From contig JAWLHY010000006.1 in NCBI GenBank assembly GCA_041690135.1, positions 1-64,000 of the forward strand: 64,000 nt of DNA, in the 5' to 3' direction. This document shows positions 10,380-20,837 of the stretch, one piece after another. Each line of letters opens with the position of its first letter. Position 1 is the first letter of the stretch. The notes beneath the pieces are model-generated. The model had not been told where the DNA came from. It was given only the letters and a program-made list of their open reading frames with translations, and made no database searches. The position numbers and the translations under genes are program-made. Origin of the DNA: Armatimonadota bacterium (lineage in GTDB: Bacteria; Armatimonadota; SYMT01).

Positions 10380-11477
10380 TCATTGTCCTACTAGAACTCC
10401 AAAAGCTTTAATGATCCGGTCAGAAAACAGTCCACAAGCGGCTCCAATGAACAGTGCGCTCCGCCACCCCAAGCGCATGTTGATCCTCTTTCCCAAATCA
10501 GTGAATTCGTATATGTTAAAGAACACAACGGCGAGAATCGCAGCGCCAATACTGGAGAACATGAATGCTGGATTGATCTCGTTCGCTAGTGCAGTATTCA
10601 GGCCAATTTGAGAATTGCGCTGCGGTGAAGCCCCTGACGTAGATGCTGCGGCAGCCATACTCATTTTCAGCACGGAACCCAGGACTGCACCGGCCAGAGC
10701 AACACAATTGAGCACAAAAGGGCTTGGGCTAATTGAAACTACTGTCGAGACGCTTTGGACATGGGTTTCCTCATGGTCAACCAATTGATAGCCCACCTCA
10801 ACATTGATATTGTACTGGCTGGGATCAGCAGGCCTTCGTGGAAATTGGACTACATAGGTTGCCGACCACTCCGAGCCAGCTTCAACACGGCCAACATAGC
10901 TTTGCTCCACCTTCGGGTCGAACTGTTCTTCGAGTCGCTGAAGTCTCGCTATGTGCGTTGCGAACCAACTTCGAAAATGTATCTGGGTGTCTTCCTTTGG
11001 CACATATGTGTCAAGAGCCATTATTGCCTCCGATGCATTCTCGATTGGAACTCGAAGTGATGATAGCCGCGCATGTGCGGCCTTTAAAATTTCCAAATCA
11101 TAATTTTTGAACATCACTGCCGATACGACCCTAAAGTATCCCGGGATACTTGAAATCTCCTTAATTGCCTTCACACGAAATTCATTCATAGCTGCCACGC
11201 GCTTACGGAAGAATTCGTCCGATGAAAGTATCAGATAATCGGAGACCGTGCGTGAGAGAAGATCACACGTAGCGCGATGCTTCGCCTGAACGTCTACCAG
11301 TGACTTGTCGTGTGCTTCAGAGATGATTACGCCATCCGGAACTCTGGGCTGTACATAGATTAGTCTCAACGGGGTGTTACCACTGTTCGCTAGCGTAAAG
11401 CGTAGAGGTAGCTCACTTGATCGGAAGTCAGAACTCTGTTCCGCGAGAGATAGCTTAACTATTGACACTAGACACAC
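10380..11477 (-). CDS. Hypothetical protein with beta-rich/helical N-terminal region and ~3 C-terminal TM helices
   Basis: 365 aa, AT-richer than flanks; hydrophobic segments VALAGAVLGSVL, IGAAILAVVFF, ALFIGAACGLFS. Confidence 0.75.
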   Translation of the reverse strand: MCLVSIVKLSLAEQSSDFRSSELPLRFTLANSGNTPLRLIYVQPRVPDGVIISEAHDKSLVDVQAKHRATCDLLSRTVSDYLILSSDEFFRKRVAAMNEFRVKAIKEISSIPGYFRVVSAVMFKNYDLEILKAAHARLSSLRVPIENASEAIMALDTYVPKEDTQIHFRSWFATHIARLQRLEEQFDPKVEQSYVGRVEAGSEWSATYVVQFPRRPADPSQYNINVEVGYQLVDHEETHVQSVSTVVSISPSPFVLNCVALAGAVLGSVLKMSMAAAASTSGASPQRNSQIGLNTALANEINPAFMFSSIGAAILAVVFFNIYEFTDLGKRINMRLGWRSALFIGAACGLFSDRIIKAFGVLVGQ

Positions 11478-14380
11478 CCTTGTTGATCTTGCGCCACCCC
11501 TTTGGGTACGGGTAGCAGCACGTAAGTACCGAGCACGTCCACCGGCAGGTGCGGTCGGACGGTGAAACCGCGCAGCCGCTCCTCCGTCAGTTTGCGGACC
11601 CGGCGGTGCGCGTCCAGAAGCCGTTGCGCTCGGTCCTGCGCCACTTGCGCAAGTTGCGGCTCCAGAGCAGGCAGCCAGGTCATCGCCTCTCCCAGGAGGC
11701 GCTCGCGCTCTTCAAGGGAAACGTTCTCCGCCGCCGTGGCTTCCTTCAGCAGGAAGAGCGCCTCCGCTGCGGGGAGCATCTCCAGGCTGCCGGGCCGACC
11801 CCGCAGGGCGACCACCACAAGTTCCTCCGCCAGCAGCGGCGCTCCCTTCGGTTTCTCTTCCAGCAAGAACCGGATGCGGAGCAGGAGGAGTGTAGTGCGG
11901 CGCTCCACGGCTGTGGTGCGAATCAACCCGGCCCGAGCGGCTGGCGGCTGCCGCAGCGCCGGGTCGAAGGCTTCGTCCAGCAGGTACGTGGCCAGCCCGG
12001 CGGTCAGCGGGTGGTTCCGTCCCACGTAGACCACCCCTTCCGGCACCGGGGTATCGAACGCTAGGCGCATCTCCTGCTTGCTATCTAGTCGCTCGCGAAC
12101 CGGCAGGGGCAGCCCGGAGGTGTCCAACCGCCAGTACTTGCCGGACCGCTGGAGCGGCGTGCCCAGGCGTTCGCACGCTGCGCGGATGAACGCTTCCACC
12201 GCCTTCGGCTCCCCGAGCACCGCGTCGGTCTCTTCCAATTCCCGCTGTACCTCATCCGGGTGGATGCTACGCTGCGCGTAGCGCGTCCGGTTGAGCCGCT
12301 CCTCCTCTCGCAGGACAGCGCGATCCCATTCTCGGTGGAGGTCGGTCACCAGGGGCAGATCGAGGTCCAGGCTCAACTGACCGGGCATCGAGGGCTTGCT
12401 CCCGCCGCGCAGGAAGAGCGCCTTCAGAACGACTTCCATCACCGTCTCGCTGTTGGCGGGCAGCGGCACCGAAACGCCGAGAGAGCGGTGAATGCGGACG
12501 GCCTTGCGGATGAGCACGTCCAGGACCACACCGTCAATGGCGTTGTCACGCCCGTAGATGAGGACGGTCTTCACGTCCGTCGCCACCTGTCCGAAGCGGT
12601 CCACGCGGCCCTCGCGCTGCTCCAGCCGGTTTGGGTTCCAGGGCAGGTCGTAGTGGATGACGGCACTGAAGGCGTCCTGGAGGTTAATGCCCTCCGAGAG
12701 GCAGTCCGTCGCCACCAGCACCCGGCGTGGGGCCTTCCCAAGTTCATCGACCCTCTGCTTGCGCTCTTCGTCGGAGAGAGCGCCGGTCACGGAGAGCACC
12801 CGCAGGTCCTTCATCCCGCGCTCCATGCGGCGGGAGAGTTCCGCCGCCACGTAGTCGGCGGTGGCGATGTAGCGGCAGTACACAATGGGTTGGTAACCGG
12901 CTTCCAGGAGCCGCTTCACCTCCCCCGCGACTAGCTTCATCTTCTCGTCCGCCTCGCCTCGCAGCCCAGCAGCCCGCTTCGCGAAGTCGCGCAGGCGGCG
13001 GCGCTCGCCTTCCGGCATCGTGGCTTCCCCCTCCACCACCACATGGGTCGGAGCCACATCCTCTGGCGTCTCCAGTTCGGTCGGGTCGTAGACGTAAGGG
13101 ATAAACTGACCCTCGTCCACTTCCTCTGCCTCTTGCAGTAGTGGTTCACTCGAAAGCCGTTGGAGCCGGGCCAGGAGCGCCGCGTTGGCGGCGGCGGGGC
13201 TGGACATGACGCACCGGAGTAGGGCTAGGGCGGTCCAGTAGCGGACCCGCTGCCGCACTCCTCCAAGTGCCTCTGCCGTCTGGACCAATTCTCGGGCGAA
13301 GTCGTACACGTCCTGAAAGAGCTTCCGGTACTCCGGGGAGAGGGTGTACGCCTTCTCATCGTGGTCACGCTCGGGGAATGGCGTCTCCTCCCCGAGCCAG
13401 CATTTCACGTCCACCCGGCGGCGCTGGACAAAGTACCGGGCAAGCTCTTCTCGCTCCTTGTCGCCCATGCCGTCGAGGTCCAGCCGCTCAAACTCCGGCT
13501 TGAGTAACCCCAAGATGGAGAGGAACGACTCCTCAATGCCGCTGTGCGGTGTCGCCGTCAGGAGCAGGAGGTGGCGGTTCTGCTTCTTCGCCAGTTCTGC
13601 CAGGAGGTCGTGGCGCTGCTGCTGCGAGGCGTTCTTACCTCCGGGCCGGGCGCAGGTGTGGACCTCATCCACAATGACCAGGTCCGGGCAGTGGAGCAGG
13701 AACGCGGCGCGGCGGCGGTCGCTCTTTGCGAAGTCCACGCTCACCACCAGGTGCGGGTAGTATTCGAAGACATTCAGGTCCGGGCGGGGGAGACGCCGCT
13801 CCAACTGCGCGATGGTCCCGGAGCGGACGACTTCCGCCTCGATGTGGAACTTCTCCGCAAGCTCCGCCTGCCATTGGTCGCAAAGGTGGGGCGGACAGAT
13901 GACGCAGAGTCGGCACACTTCGCCACGGTCCAGCAGTTCGCGGGCCGTCAACGCCGCCTCAATCGTCTTCCCGATCCCCACGTCATCCGCGATGAGGAGC
14001 CGGACCGTTTCCTGGCGGAGCGCCAACAGCATCGGTACAAGTTGGTACGGACGCGGGCGCACGGAGACGCGGCCCAGGCAGCGGAAAGGACCCGCCCCGC
14101 TACGGAAGCTCAAGCGGGCCGCATCACGCAAGAGCCGGGCAGCGGTGTGGTCGCTGGCGCTGCGCGGGTCGGGCGGCGGGAAGGTCGCAGACTCTACCGG
14201 GTCCAATTTCAGCGGCAGGAACACGCCGGTAATCTCGCTCTCGCTGCCCCCCAGAGGCCGGAGCATCAGCAATTTCGGGTCTTCGGACGGAAGAACCACC
14301 CATTCACGCTCACGACACCGAACGAGCGAGCCGACCTGAATGTTGCTCGCCTCTTCCGAAACATGCACTTCAGAAGCCAC
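11468..14380 (-). CDS. SNF2-family helicase (DrmD-like)
   Basis: LLIADDVGIGKT, VDEVH, LLTATPH, SEGINLQ, LPWNPNRLEQREGRVDRFGQ. Confidence 0.93.
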   Translation of the reverse strand: MASEVHVSEEASNIQVGSLVRCREREWVVLPSEDPKLLMLRPLGGSESEITGVFLPLKLDPVESATFPPPDPRSASDHTAARLLRDAARLSFRSGAGPFRCLGRVSVRPRPYQLVPMLLALRQETVRLLIADDVGIGKTIEAALTARELLDRGEVCRLCVICPPHLCDQWQAELAEKFHIEAEVVRSGTIAQLERRLPRPDLNVFEYYPHLVVSVDFAKSDRRRAAFLLHCPDLVIVDEVHTCARPGGKNASQQQRHDLLAELAKKQNRHLLLLTATPHSGIEESFLSILGLLKPEFERLDLDGMGDKEREELARYFVQRRRVDVKCWLGEETPFPERDHDEKAYTLSPEYRKLFQDVYDFARELVQTAEALGGVRQRVRYWTALALLRCVMSSPAAANAALLARLQRLSSEPLLQEAEEVDEGQFIPYVYDPTELETPEDVAPTHVVVEGEATMPEGERRRLRDFAKRAAGLRGEADEKMKLVAGEVKRLLEAGYQPIVYCRYIATADYVAAELSRRMERGMKDLRVLSVTGALSDEERKQRVDELGKAPRRVLVATDCLSEGINLQDAFSAVIHYDLPWNPNRLEQREGRVDRFGQVATDVKTVLIYGRDNAIDGVVLDVLIRKAVRIHRSLGVSVPLPANSETVMEVVLKALFLRGGSKPSMPGQLSLDLDLPLVTDLHREWDRAVLREEERLNRTRYAQRSIHPDEVQRELEETDAVLGEPKAVEAFIRAACERLGTPLQRSGKYWRLDTSGLPLPVRERLDSKQEMRLAFDTPVPEGVVYVGRNHPLTAGLATYLLDEAFDPALRQPPAARAGLIRTTAVERRTTLLLLRIRFLLEEKPKGAPLLAEELVVVALRGRPGSLEMLPAAEALFLLKEATAAENVSLEERERLLGEAMTWLPALEPQLAQVAQDRAQRLLDAHRRVRKLTEERLRGFTVRPHLPVDVLGTYVLLPVPKGVAQDQQGCV

Positions 14381-15428
14381 CTACAATCCCCACGCCAGAT
14401 TGCGGGAAAGGCAATATGCCGTCCCGCTGATGTATTATCTTACTAGCATGCCACACCGCATTTGCCTCGTTATGTAGGAAGTTGCAACGAAAGCGGGGAA
14501 GTGAGCACAACGTGAACTCCGTTAGCCTATTTATACTGTCGAGCATCAATTCCAAAAATATCTTCAATTCAAGGGAGTCTTTTTTGCCCATTCCCGCTAA
14601 ATCCAGCACACCTGCCACCTGCATCCGCATCGATAACAAACGTTCCCGTATTGAACACCATGATTTAAATGATCCTGCCGGGACCGATATCGGAAGAGGG
14701 TTACTCCCAAACAACAACTCCAGTGACAACAGTGCGTCCATGTATTCGAGCATCTGCTTCAGGTCAAATAAGAGCATGTCTCGGTGACCTTCCACAGTAT
14801 ACTCATCATGAAGTCGCCACCGCTCCAGCCATGCGTTGTGCTTAAAGTCATCATAGAGAGTCATCATTAGATTCATTGCGTATGCTCTTGCAGGCTCTAG
14901 AGCAAACCATTGCAAAGACGCATAGTTCTGACTACGCTCGCATGACAAAGAATTCCTAACGGGAATACGAAGTGTGTTCGTCCGTTGGCCCATCCAATTA
15001 GATTTCCGATTCGCTAGGCATTGATGCACCTCATCGCGTATCGGCAACCAATAAATTTCATTCGATCCCAAATCAGCAACAAATAACAGAAGCGGAAATG
15101 AGCATTTTAGTGCGTATTCGATTGAATGGGTCTCCATTACAAAAGAGATATATTCAGCCCGCACTTCGCAATTTGGAAATACATCGGGGAATTCAGATGC
15201 CAGAGATCCCGTAACCGGATAGGTGGAGCTATGAATGCAGCACTTTTCAGTCGATTTAAGCTGCACCCATATCCGTTTCCCGGTGACAATCTCCCCATCA
15301 ACTATTTCAATTTCAAAATCAACACCATAATCCTTCTCGACTTTTCTCGCTATCCACTCTTTAGGAAGCATTGATCTCAACAGATCGACCGAGGTTTCCT
15401 CCATCACATGTGATCGTGGGCGTTTCAT
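14370..15428 (-). CDS. DUF4365-domain (PD-(D/E)XK-like) protein
   Basis: MKRPRSH..KDYGVDFEIEI..IWVQLKST; AT-rich. Confidence 0.85.
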   Translation of the reverse strand: MKRPRSHVMEETSVDLLRSMLPKEWIARKVEKDYGVDFEIEIVDGEIVTGKRIWVQLKSTEKCCIHSSTYPVTGSLASEFPDVFPNCEVRAEYISFVMETHSIEYALKCSFPLLLFVADLGSNEIYWLPIRDEVHQCLANRKSNWMGQRTNTLRIPVRNSLSCERSQNYASLQWFALEPARAYAMNLMMTLYDDFKHNAWLERWRLHDEYTVEGHRDMLLFDLKQMLEYMDALLSLELLFGSNPLPISVPAGSFKSWCSIRERLLSMRMQVAGVLDLAGMGKKDSLELKIFLELMLDSINRLTEFTLCSLPRFRCNFLHNEANAVWHASKIIHQRDGILPFPQSGVGIVGGF

Positions 15429-15447
15429 AGCAATCGACTCTCTAGTA

Positions 15448-18400
15448 TTAACCGAATACGTCTGGAAACCGAAGGACTTGCCCCTCCAGTTCCTGATCAT
15501 ACCGGATGACCACCACGCGATAACCGAGGTCTTCCAAGTCCCCTCGCACTCTGGTGTCTTCCGCCTCGGCCACCCGTCCATCGTGGACCGAGCCATCACA
15601 GAAGACGCAGGCGCGGCGCTCCCCATAATAGAAGTCGGGACAGCAGTAGTAATCAGCCAGGTTAGCTTGCGCCAGGTCGGGGAGCCGCCGGTTGGTCCGA
15701 TACAGCAGGTCCAGCAGATCGCGCTCCAGTTGGGAGCGCGTGTCGGTCAGACTGCGCAGGTACTGGTAATGCTCCTCGTAGGAGCGCCCGTCGGTGCCCC
15801 GTCGGGTGGTACCACTCGCCAGTCGCAGGAGCACCTCACGCACGGAATGGCGGTTGAGCCGGGGATGGTCCGGCTGGTTCGTGTAGGTCAGAAGACAGCG
15901 GTAGCACGCTCGGGCGCAGTCATCCGCAGCATCCGGGTTCTCCGTCCCTGTCTCGGGATCGAAGTGACAGATCGAGAGCGCCTCCCGCGCCACGCGAGCC
16001 AGCGCGTCCGGTTCCTCCGCCAGCCGCTTCAGCACGCCCGCCCCACCCTCGGCAGCTTCCCAGAAGAGGATGCTTCGATCTTCCACTTCACCGATACGCT
16101 CCGAGGCAAGTTCCGACTCCTCAATCTGGAAGACAGCCTCGATGCCATTGTGGAGCGCGTGCTGGAGGGATGCGAACGCACCTTCGTCCAATGTCATTCC
16201 CGCCGGGGGCCGCACGAGTAGCAGATTCCGGGTGTCACGGACGAAGATGCGGACGCCATTCTGAACCGTCTGGCCTTCAGCGTCGGCGGTGGGATCACCG
16301 TCCTCGACGGTAGGGCGCTTGCCCCAGATGCCCTTGGCCGTATCCAGACGGAAGCCAAGTTCCCGTGTGCGACGCCACCGGTGACAGATGCGCCACAGCG
16401 TCGCGGCGGAGGCGTAGGTCAGTGCCAGCAGGCCGTGACCCTCCGTATCGACTACCGAGGCGCGGGACCGGCGGGTACCAGACTCTCCGGGGGCACAGCG
16501 GAAGTGGGTCGTAACCTCATACCCTTCCCGGCGGCGTTCTTCCTCATCGCACGTGATGCGCTCCCGGCGCTGCGTGGCGACGGTTGTCATCTCGAAGAGC
16601 CGGGTGATGAACTCGCTCTTGTCCCCATCCAGGCGCACGCCGCAGTTCTCGCAGAGGTCCACCTGCGCGGCGTCCCCTTCGTGGAAGTAGCCGCACGCCT
16701 TGCAGAGTTTGGCCCGGATGAAACGGCTCTCCGCCGCACCCGGAGGCAGCAGGCTCCGCGTCACCGCGTACTTCCCGCCCTCGTGGTAGACGATGTTCCG
16801 GGGGCCGAACTCGCTGATGGCTAGGAAGCGTGGGCGGGCCACGAACTCACCTTTGTCAGGGCCGTGGGTTGGGATGAACGCCCGCACCGGAAGGCGCGGA
16901 AAGTTGTAGCCGGGTAAGAAGCCCTCGCTCGCGAAGTAGCGATACGGGTAGAAGTCCGACTCGTCGCTCTTCGTGTTGATACAGCAGAGGAGGTCCTTCT
17001 GGCGGATGGCCTCTCGCTCGCGCTGCCGGGCTAGGTCCACCTCGTCCTGCCGCATCCGTATCTGGTGGGAGCGGTCGATGACGGCGCGGGCCTCCTGCAA
17101 CTGGCGCTCGGCGGTGGTGAATAATTCACGCCAGCGGTCGCAGGCCCTATCGAACCGCTCGTGGGCGCTTTGGAGAGCGTTCCGAAGCCAGTCTTCGGAG
17201 TACCAACCACTGCTCCCGAGATCGGGATGGCAGGACTGAAGCACCCGGTGGCACTCATCCAAGCACTCCTCCAGCCGGGCCTCCGAGAGATGAAGTTGGG
17301 TCGCGAAATCTTCCCGGAGCGGGAACCCGGCCTCGGGATTGCCGGTGTCCAGGAGGTCCATGACAGAACGCCCGAGCGACTTGCCGGTCTTCGCAAGCCA
17401 GACAGAATGGACGTGCGCCCGCACCAGTTCCTCGCTGCCCAGGTCCAGGCGCGGAGGCGCCACGAATCCCGCTACCATCTGCTTCTGGCGCTGGAAGAAG
17501 TACTGGTCGTGTCCGCTCCCCACCGAGCAGTAGGTCGCCACGAAAGCAGGCTGGCCGCTCCGCCCGGCGCGTCCGCTCCGCTGCGCGTAGTTGGCCGGAG
17601 TGGGTGGGACGTTCCGCATGTGGACCACGTTCAGGTCCGAAATGTCGATGCCTAACTCCATCGTGGGGGAGCAATAGAGACAAGCCAACCGCCCCGCCCG
17701 AAACTCCCGCTCCCGCCGCATTCGCGTCTCGTAACTCACCTGCGCGGTATGCTCCCCACCTTCGGTGCCGCGCAGGAGTGAAGCGGTGCTGCGGTAGAAA
17801 TCACGGAAGAACGGGTTTACCCGCCGCTGAATATCGCGGTCCCGCAGGTCCATGCGCCGGGACCGAATAGGGTCCGGCGGTAGCGGAGAGCCGTCTCCCG
17901 GCGTCCAGAGTAGGGCATCGCTGCGAAGCTGAACGCTCTTCCCTTCATCATCGACAGAGATGACGAACCCGGCCTCGCGCAGGACTCGCATGAGCACCGT
18001 CACGAGTGGCACGTAGTCGGCTTCGGAGATGCTGTCGGTGAGGCCCCAGGTGTCCTTCGACCGGAGAAAGCGCCCGAGGGCGCTACGCGGTCCGAGGCTC
18101 GCTTCGTTCTGGCGCGGTGCGTATTCACCAGGGAGCATGAAGCGCGGGCCGGGCCGGAGAGCCTCGCTCTCATCGAACGCCCAAGGTTCCTTCAGCGCCT
18201 CCCGCACCCGGCGACGGAGGCTCTCCTGCGTGCGCGGGTCCAGGCACTCTGCGCTGATGCCGAGCGCACGACGCATGTAGTCCAGGACCGCCTGCACAGC
18301 GTACTGCCGCGTATTGGGCGTCGCCGCCTGGAGTAGCGCGTGCGCTACCCACGGCTCCGGGTCGGCACAGAATTCCTCCAGGCCCTCGTAATCCACCCGC

Positions 18401-20562
18401 AGCAGCCCGCACTGCTCCAGGTTGGGCTGAACGATGCGCCAGCCCCGCCGTAGGTCCTCATAGACCCGGTACTCGATGAGCGCCTGAAACGCTTCCCGAT
18501 TGCGCCTGGGCAGTGCCCCGTACTTCCCGACCTCCTTGGCGTACTGCTCTTGCTCTAGGCCGAGCGCATCCATCACCTTCGCTGCAATGTTGGCATGGTC
18601 GAGTGATCCACTGGTCTGGAGCGCCTGGTAGATGGCAGAGCGGAGAAGTGCCACCTGCACAAAGTCATTGAAGTGGCCCGCCTGAAGGGAGGCATCCTGG
18701 CGGTTATCCGTGAAGCTCATCAGCTTCCGTGCCGTCTCGTCCACCGTCTCTTCCCGCCGCAGGTGGCTCACGGTCGAGATGGACTGAAGCGTGGTAGCCG
18801 TGCTGCGACCCTCGCTGCTCAACCGGGCCAGCTTACCGAAATCGTTCTTGTCACGCTTGGTGTAGACCACGCCGCAATGGAGACACGTCAGGAAGGGGCG
18901 GGGCAGGAACCAGGCGGAAAATGTGCGCTCTTCCGATGCGGAGAGCACATCGCCCTTGACGCTGACGTGGATGCGCCGGGGAATGTACTCTGCGAATTCC
19001 GCCTTCGGGCTGGTGCGCTGGCCGGACTTGCTGAAGTTGAACCAGTTGTCCGGGAGCGCGTCCTGCTCGGCGTCGGTCCAGACCGGGTTCTCCGGGTCGG
19101 CGTCGAGCAGGAGGTAACCATCCCGAACCTCGCCTTCTTCTTCCTCGGGCGTGGGCATTGGCGGGCGCGGAATGACGCGACCCTCGTGCTGGTGCCACTC
19201 CGCCAGGTAGTACTCCTGACCGCACTCGCGGCAGAAGACGAGGGGGAAGAGGAGCTTCTCCCCGTCCGGGGCATAGTGCTGGCCCTGAAGTGTCAGGAGC
19301 CGATCCGGCTCCGTCTCCAGTGTGCCGTAAACCGAACCGCCGCCCGAGATGAACTGGTGGAGCTTGAAGGCGAAGAGCGGCTGTCCTTCGGGGGTGCGGA
19401 CAGACGCGCCATGCTGAAACAGAGCGCGGAGCCGCTTCTCACAAGGGTCAATCCCTTCCCCGGTAGCCTTCGCGAGGGCCTCGGCTCCGGCCCGAAGCGT
19501 GATAGGTGTACGGCGGAGCAAATGGCTGTCTTCTTCTTCCACCCCGAACGTGTCTTCAATCCAGGCCGTGAGCGGGTTGACGATCAGCCTGTCGTAGAAA
19601 GCCTCCGGGAGAGGCGAGCGCACGGCATCACGAAGTTGCGCGGGCGTATGCGTTTCGTTGCGCGGGACGGAGCGCCGGAGCGTCTCCTCAATCACGCGCT
19701 CGGGCTTCACGGTCACCCCGAATACTCGGCTGGCGACACGGGCGACTTCCTTTCGCCGTTCGAACCGGCTGCCCCCGGCGACCATGGTGGCACTCGTGCC
19801 GATGGTCAGGAGGTCCGGGTTCCCGCACCGCTCGCGGAGACGACGCACCAGCATCGCCACGTCCGCGCCCTGCCGCCCCCGGTAGGTATGAAGCTCGTCG
19901 AGAACCAGGAACTCCAGTGCGGCGTGCAGCCGGTCTACGAAGCGGGCTTCTTCGGGGCGGGTGAGCATCAACTCCAGCATTACGAAGTTCGTGAGCAGGA
20001 TGTGCGGCGGATTGCGGCGGACCTCATCCTTTTCTTCGTCACTCTTCTGGCCGGTGTAGCTGCTGAAGCGGATGGGGCAGGTGCCTTCGGGTAGGTTCGC
20101 AGCATACCGCTTGAGTGCTTCTTCCTGGGAGTTGATGAGCGCGTTCATCGGATAGACGATGATGGCGCGAACCCGGCCCTCCTCCGGGTTGTGCTTGAGG
20201 ATGTGGTCGAAGATCGGCAACGTGTAGGTCAGGCTCTTCCCGGAGCCGGTCCCGGTGGTGACCACGTACGGCTCTCGGGCTGCAGCCGCTTCCACCGCCT
20301 CCCGTTGGTGGCGGTAGAGGCGCATCTCCCGGAAGAGGTCGGCGCAGAACGGGTGGAGCAACCCGTCCGAAACCAGGCGGTCTACGGTCGCGTCCGGCTC
20401 GTAGCTCGGGCTTAACTGGACCAGCGCCTCCGGCCAAAGGACACCCTCGTCCAGACGTTCCTTCACAAACCGGGCGATGCCCTCGTCCCGGATGTTCAGG
20501 AAGCTCTCGACGTAATCCGAATAGTCCCGGATGACCTCATCCCGCAGCGTGAAGGCGTTCAT
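15448..20562 (-). CDS. Large DEAD/DEAH helicase with Zn-binding motifs, DUF1998 and C-terminal DUF559/Vsr-like nuclease domain
   Basis: 1704 aa; TGTGSGKS, LDELHTY, TMELGIDI, QRSGRAGR, EAAEGGAG..CARACYRCL, PDFYY..VFCDGSVHD. Confidence 0.93.
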   Translation of the reverse strand: MNAFTLRDEVIRDYSDYVESFLNIRDEGIARFVKERLDEGVLWPEALVQLSPSYEPDATVDRLVSDGLLHPFCADLFREMRLYRHQREAVEAAAAREPYVVTTGTGSGKSLTYTLPIFDHILKHNPEEGRVRAIIVYPMNALINSQEEALKRYAANLPEGTCPIRFSSYTGQKSDEEKDEVRRNPPHILLTNFVMLELMLTRPEEARFVDRLHAALEFLVLDELHTYRGRQGADVAMLVRRLRERCGNPDLLTIGTSATMVAGGSRFERRKEVARVASRVFGVTVKPERVIEETLRRSVPRNETHTPAQLRDAVRSPLPEAFYDRLIVNPLTAWIEDTFGVEEEDSHLLRRTPITLRAGAEALAKATGEGIDPCEKRLRALFQHGASVRTPEGQPLFAFKLHQFISGGGSVYGTLETEPDRLLTLQGQHYAPDGEKLLFPLVFCRECGQEYYLAEWHQHEGRVIPRPPMPTPEEEEGEVRDGYLLLDADPENPVWTDAEQDALPDNWFNFSKSGQRTSPKAEFAEYIPRRIHVSVKGDVLSASEERTFSAWFLPRPFLTCLHCGVVYTKRDKNDFGKLARLSSEGRSTATTLQSISTVSHLRREETVDETARKLMSFTDNRQDASLQAGHFNDFVQVALLRSAIYQALQTSGSLDHANIAAKVMDALGLEQEQYAKEVGKYGALPRRNREAFQALIEYRVYEDLRRGWRIVQPNLEQCGLLRVDYEGLEEFCADPEPWVAHALLQAATPNTRQYAVQAVLDYMRRALGISAECLDPRTQESLRRRVREALKEPWAFDESEALRPGPRFMLPGEYAPRQNEASLGPRSALGRFLRSKDTWGLTDSISEADYVPLVTVLMRVLREAGFVISVDDEGKSVQLRSDALLWTPGDGSPLPPDPIRSRRMDLRDRDIQRRVNPFFRDFYRSTASLLRGTEGGEHTAQVSYETRMRREREFRAGRLACLYCSPTMELGIDISDLNVVHMRNVPPTPANYAQRSGRAGRSGQPAFVATYCSVGSGHDQYFFQRQKQMVAGFVAPPRLDLGSEELVRAHVHSVWLAKTGKSLGRSVMDLLDTGNPEAGFPLREDFATQLHLSEARLEECLDECHRVLQSCHPDLGSSGWYSEDWLRNALQSAHERFDRACDRWRELFTTAERQLQEARAVIDRSHQIRMRQDEVDLARQREREAIRQKDLLCCINTKSDESDFYPYRYFASEGFLPGYNFPRLPVRAFIPTHGPDKGEFVARPRFLAISEFGPRNIVYHEGGKYAVTRSLLPPGAAESRFIRAKLCKACGYFHEGDAAQVDLCENCGVRLDGDKSEFITRLFEMTTVATQRRERITCDEEERRREGYEVTTHFRCAPGESGTRRSRASVVDTEGHGLLALTYASAATLWRICHRWRRTRELGFRLDTAKGIWGKRPTVEDGDPTADAEGQTVQNGVRIFVRDTRNLLLVRPPAGMTLDEGAFASLQHALHNGIEAVFQIEESELASERIGEVEDRSILFWEAAEGGAGVLKRLAEEPDALARVAREALSICHFDPETGTENPDAADDCARACYRCLLTYTNQPDHPRLNRHSVREVLLRLASGTTRRGTDGRSYEEHYQYLRSLTDTRSQLERDLLDLLYRTNRRLPDLAQANLADYYCCPDFYYGERRACVFCDGSVHDGRVAEAEDTRVRGDLEDLGYRVVVIRYDQELEGQVLRFPDVFG

Positions 20563-20696
20563 CGCGTATCTGCATTCCAGGTTCGTACGGGCAGGCCACT
20601 CCGGGAAATACGGGAGGGTCGTAGCTCCTCACTGTACCACAACTGCTCGTCGGCACTGGACCTCACCACGATAGTCACACCTTCCGCCGTTCGCAG

Positions 20697-20837
20697 CGGG
20701 ATGGGGACGAGGTAACTGCTGGAGCGGCGCTTCGGCACGATCTCGCTGGTGATGCCTTCCTCCCCGAAACGGAAGTGGCGGGACGGCTCCACGAACGGGG
20801 AGTTCAGGATGGGGTTTTCGATAACGACCGACGGCAT
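20697..20837 (-). pseudogene. res: N-terminal remnant of Type III restriction subunit
   Basis: MPSVVIENPILNSPFVEPSRHFRF..RRSSSYLVPIP, then homology is lost. Confidence 0.8.
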
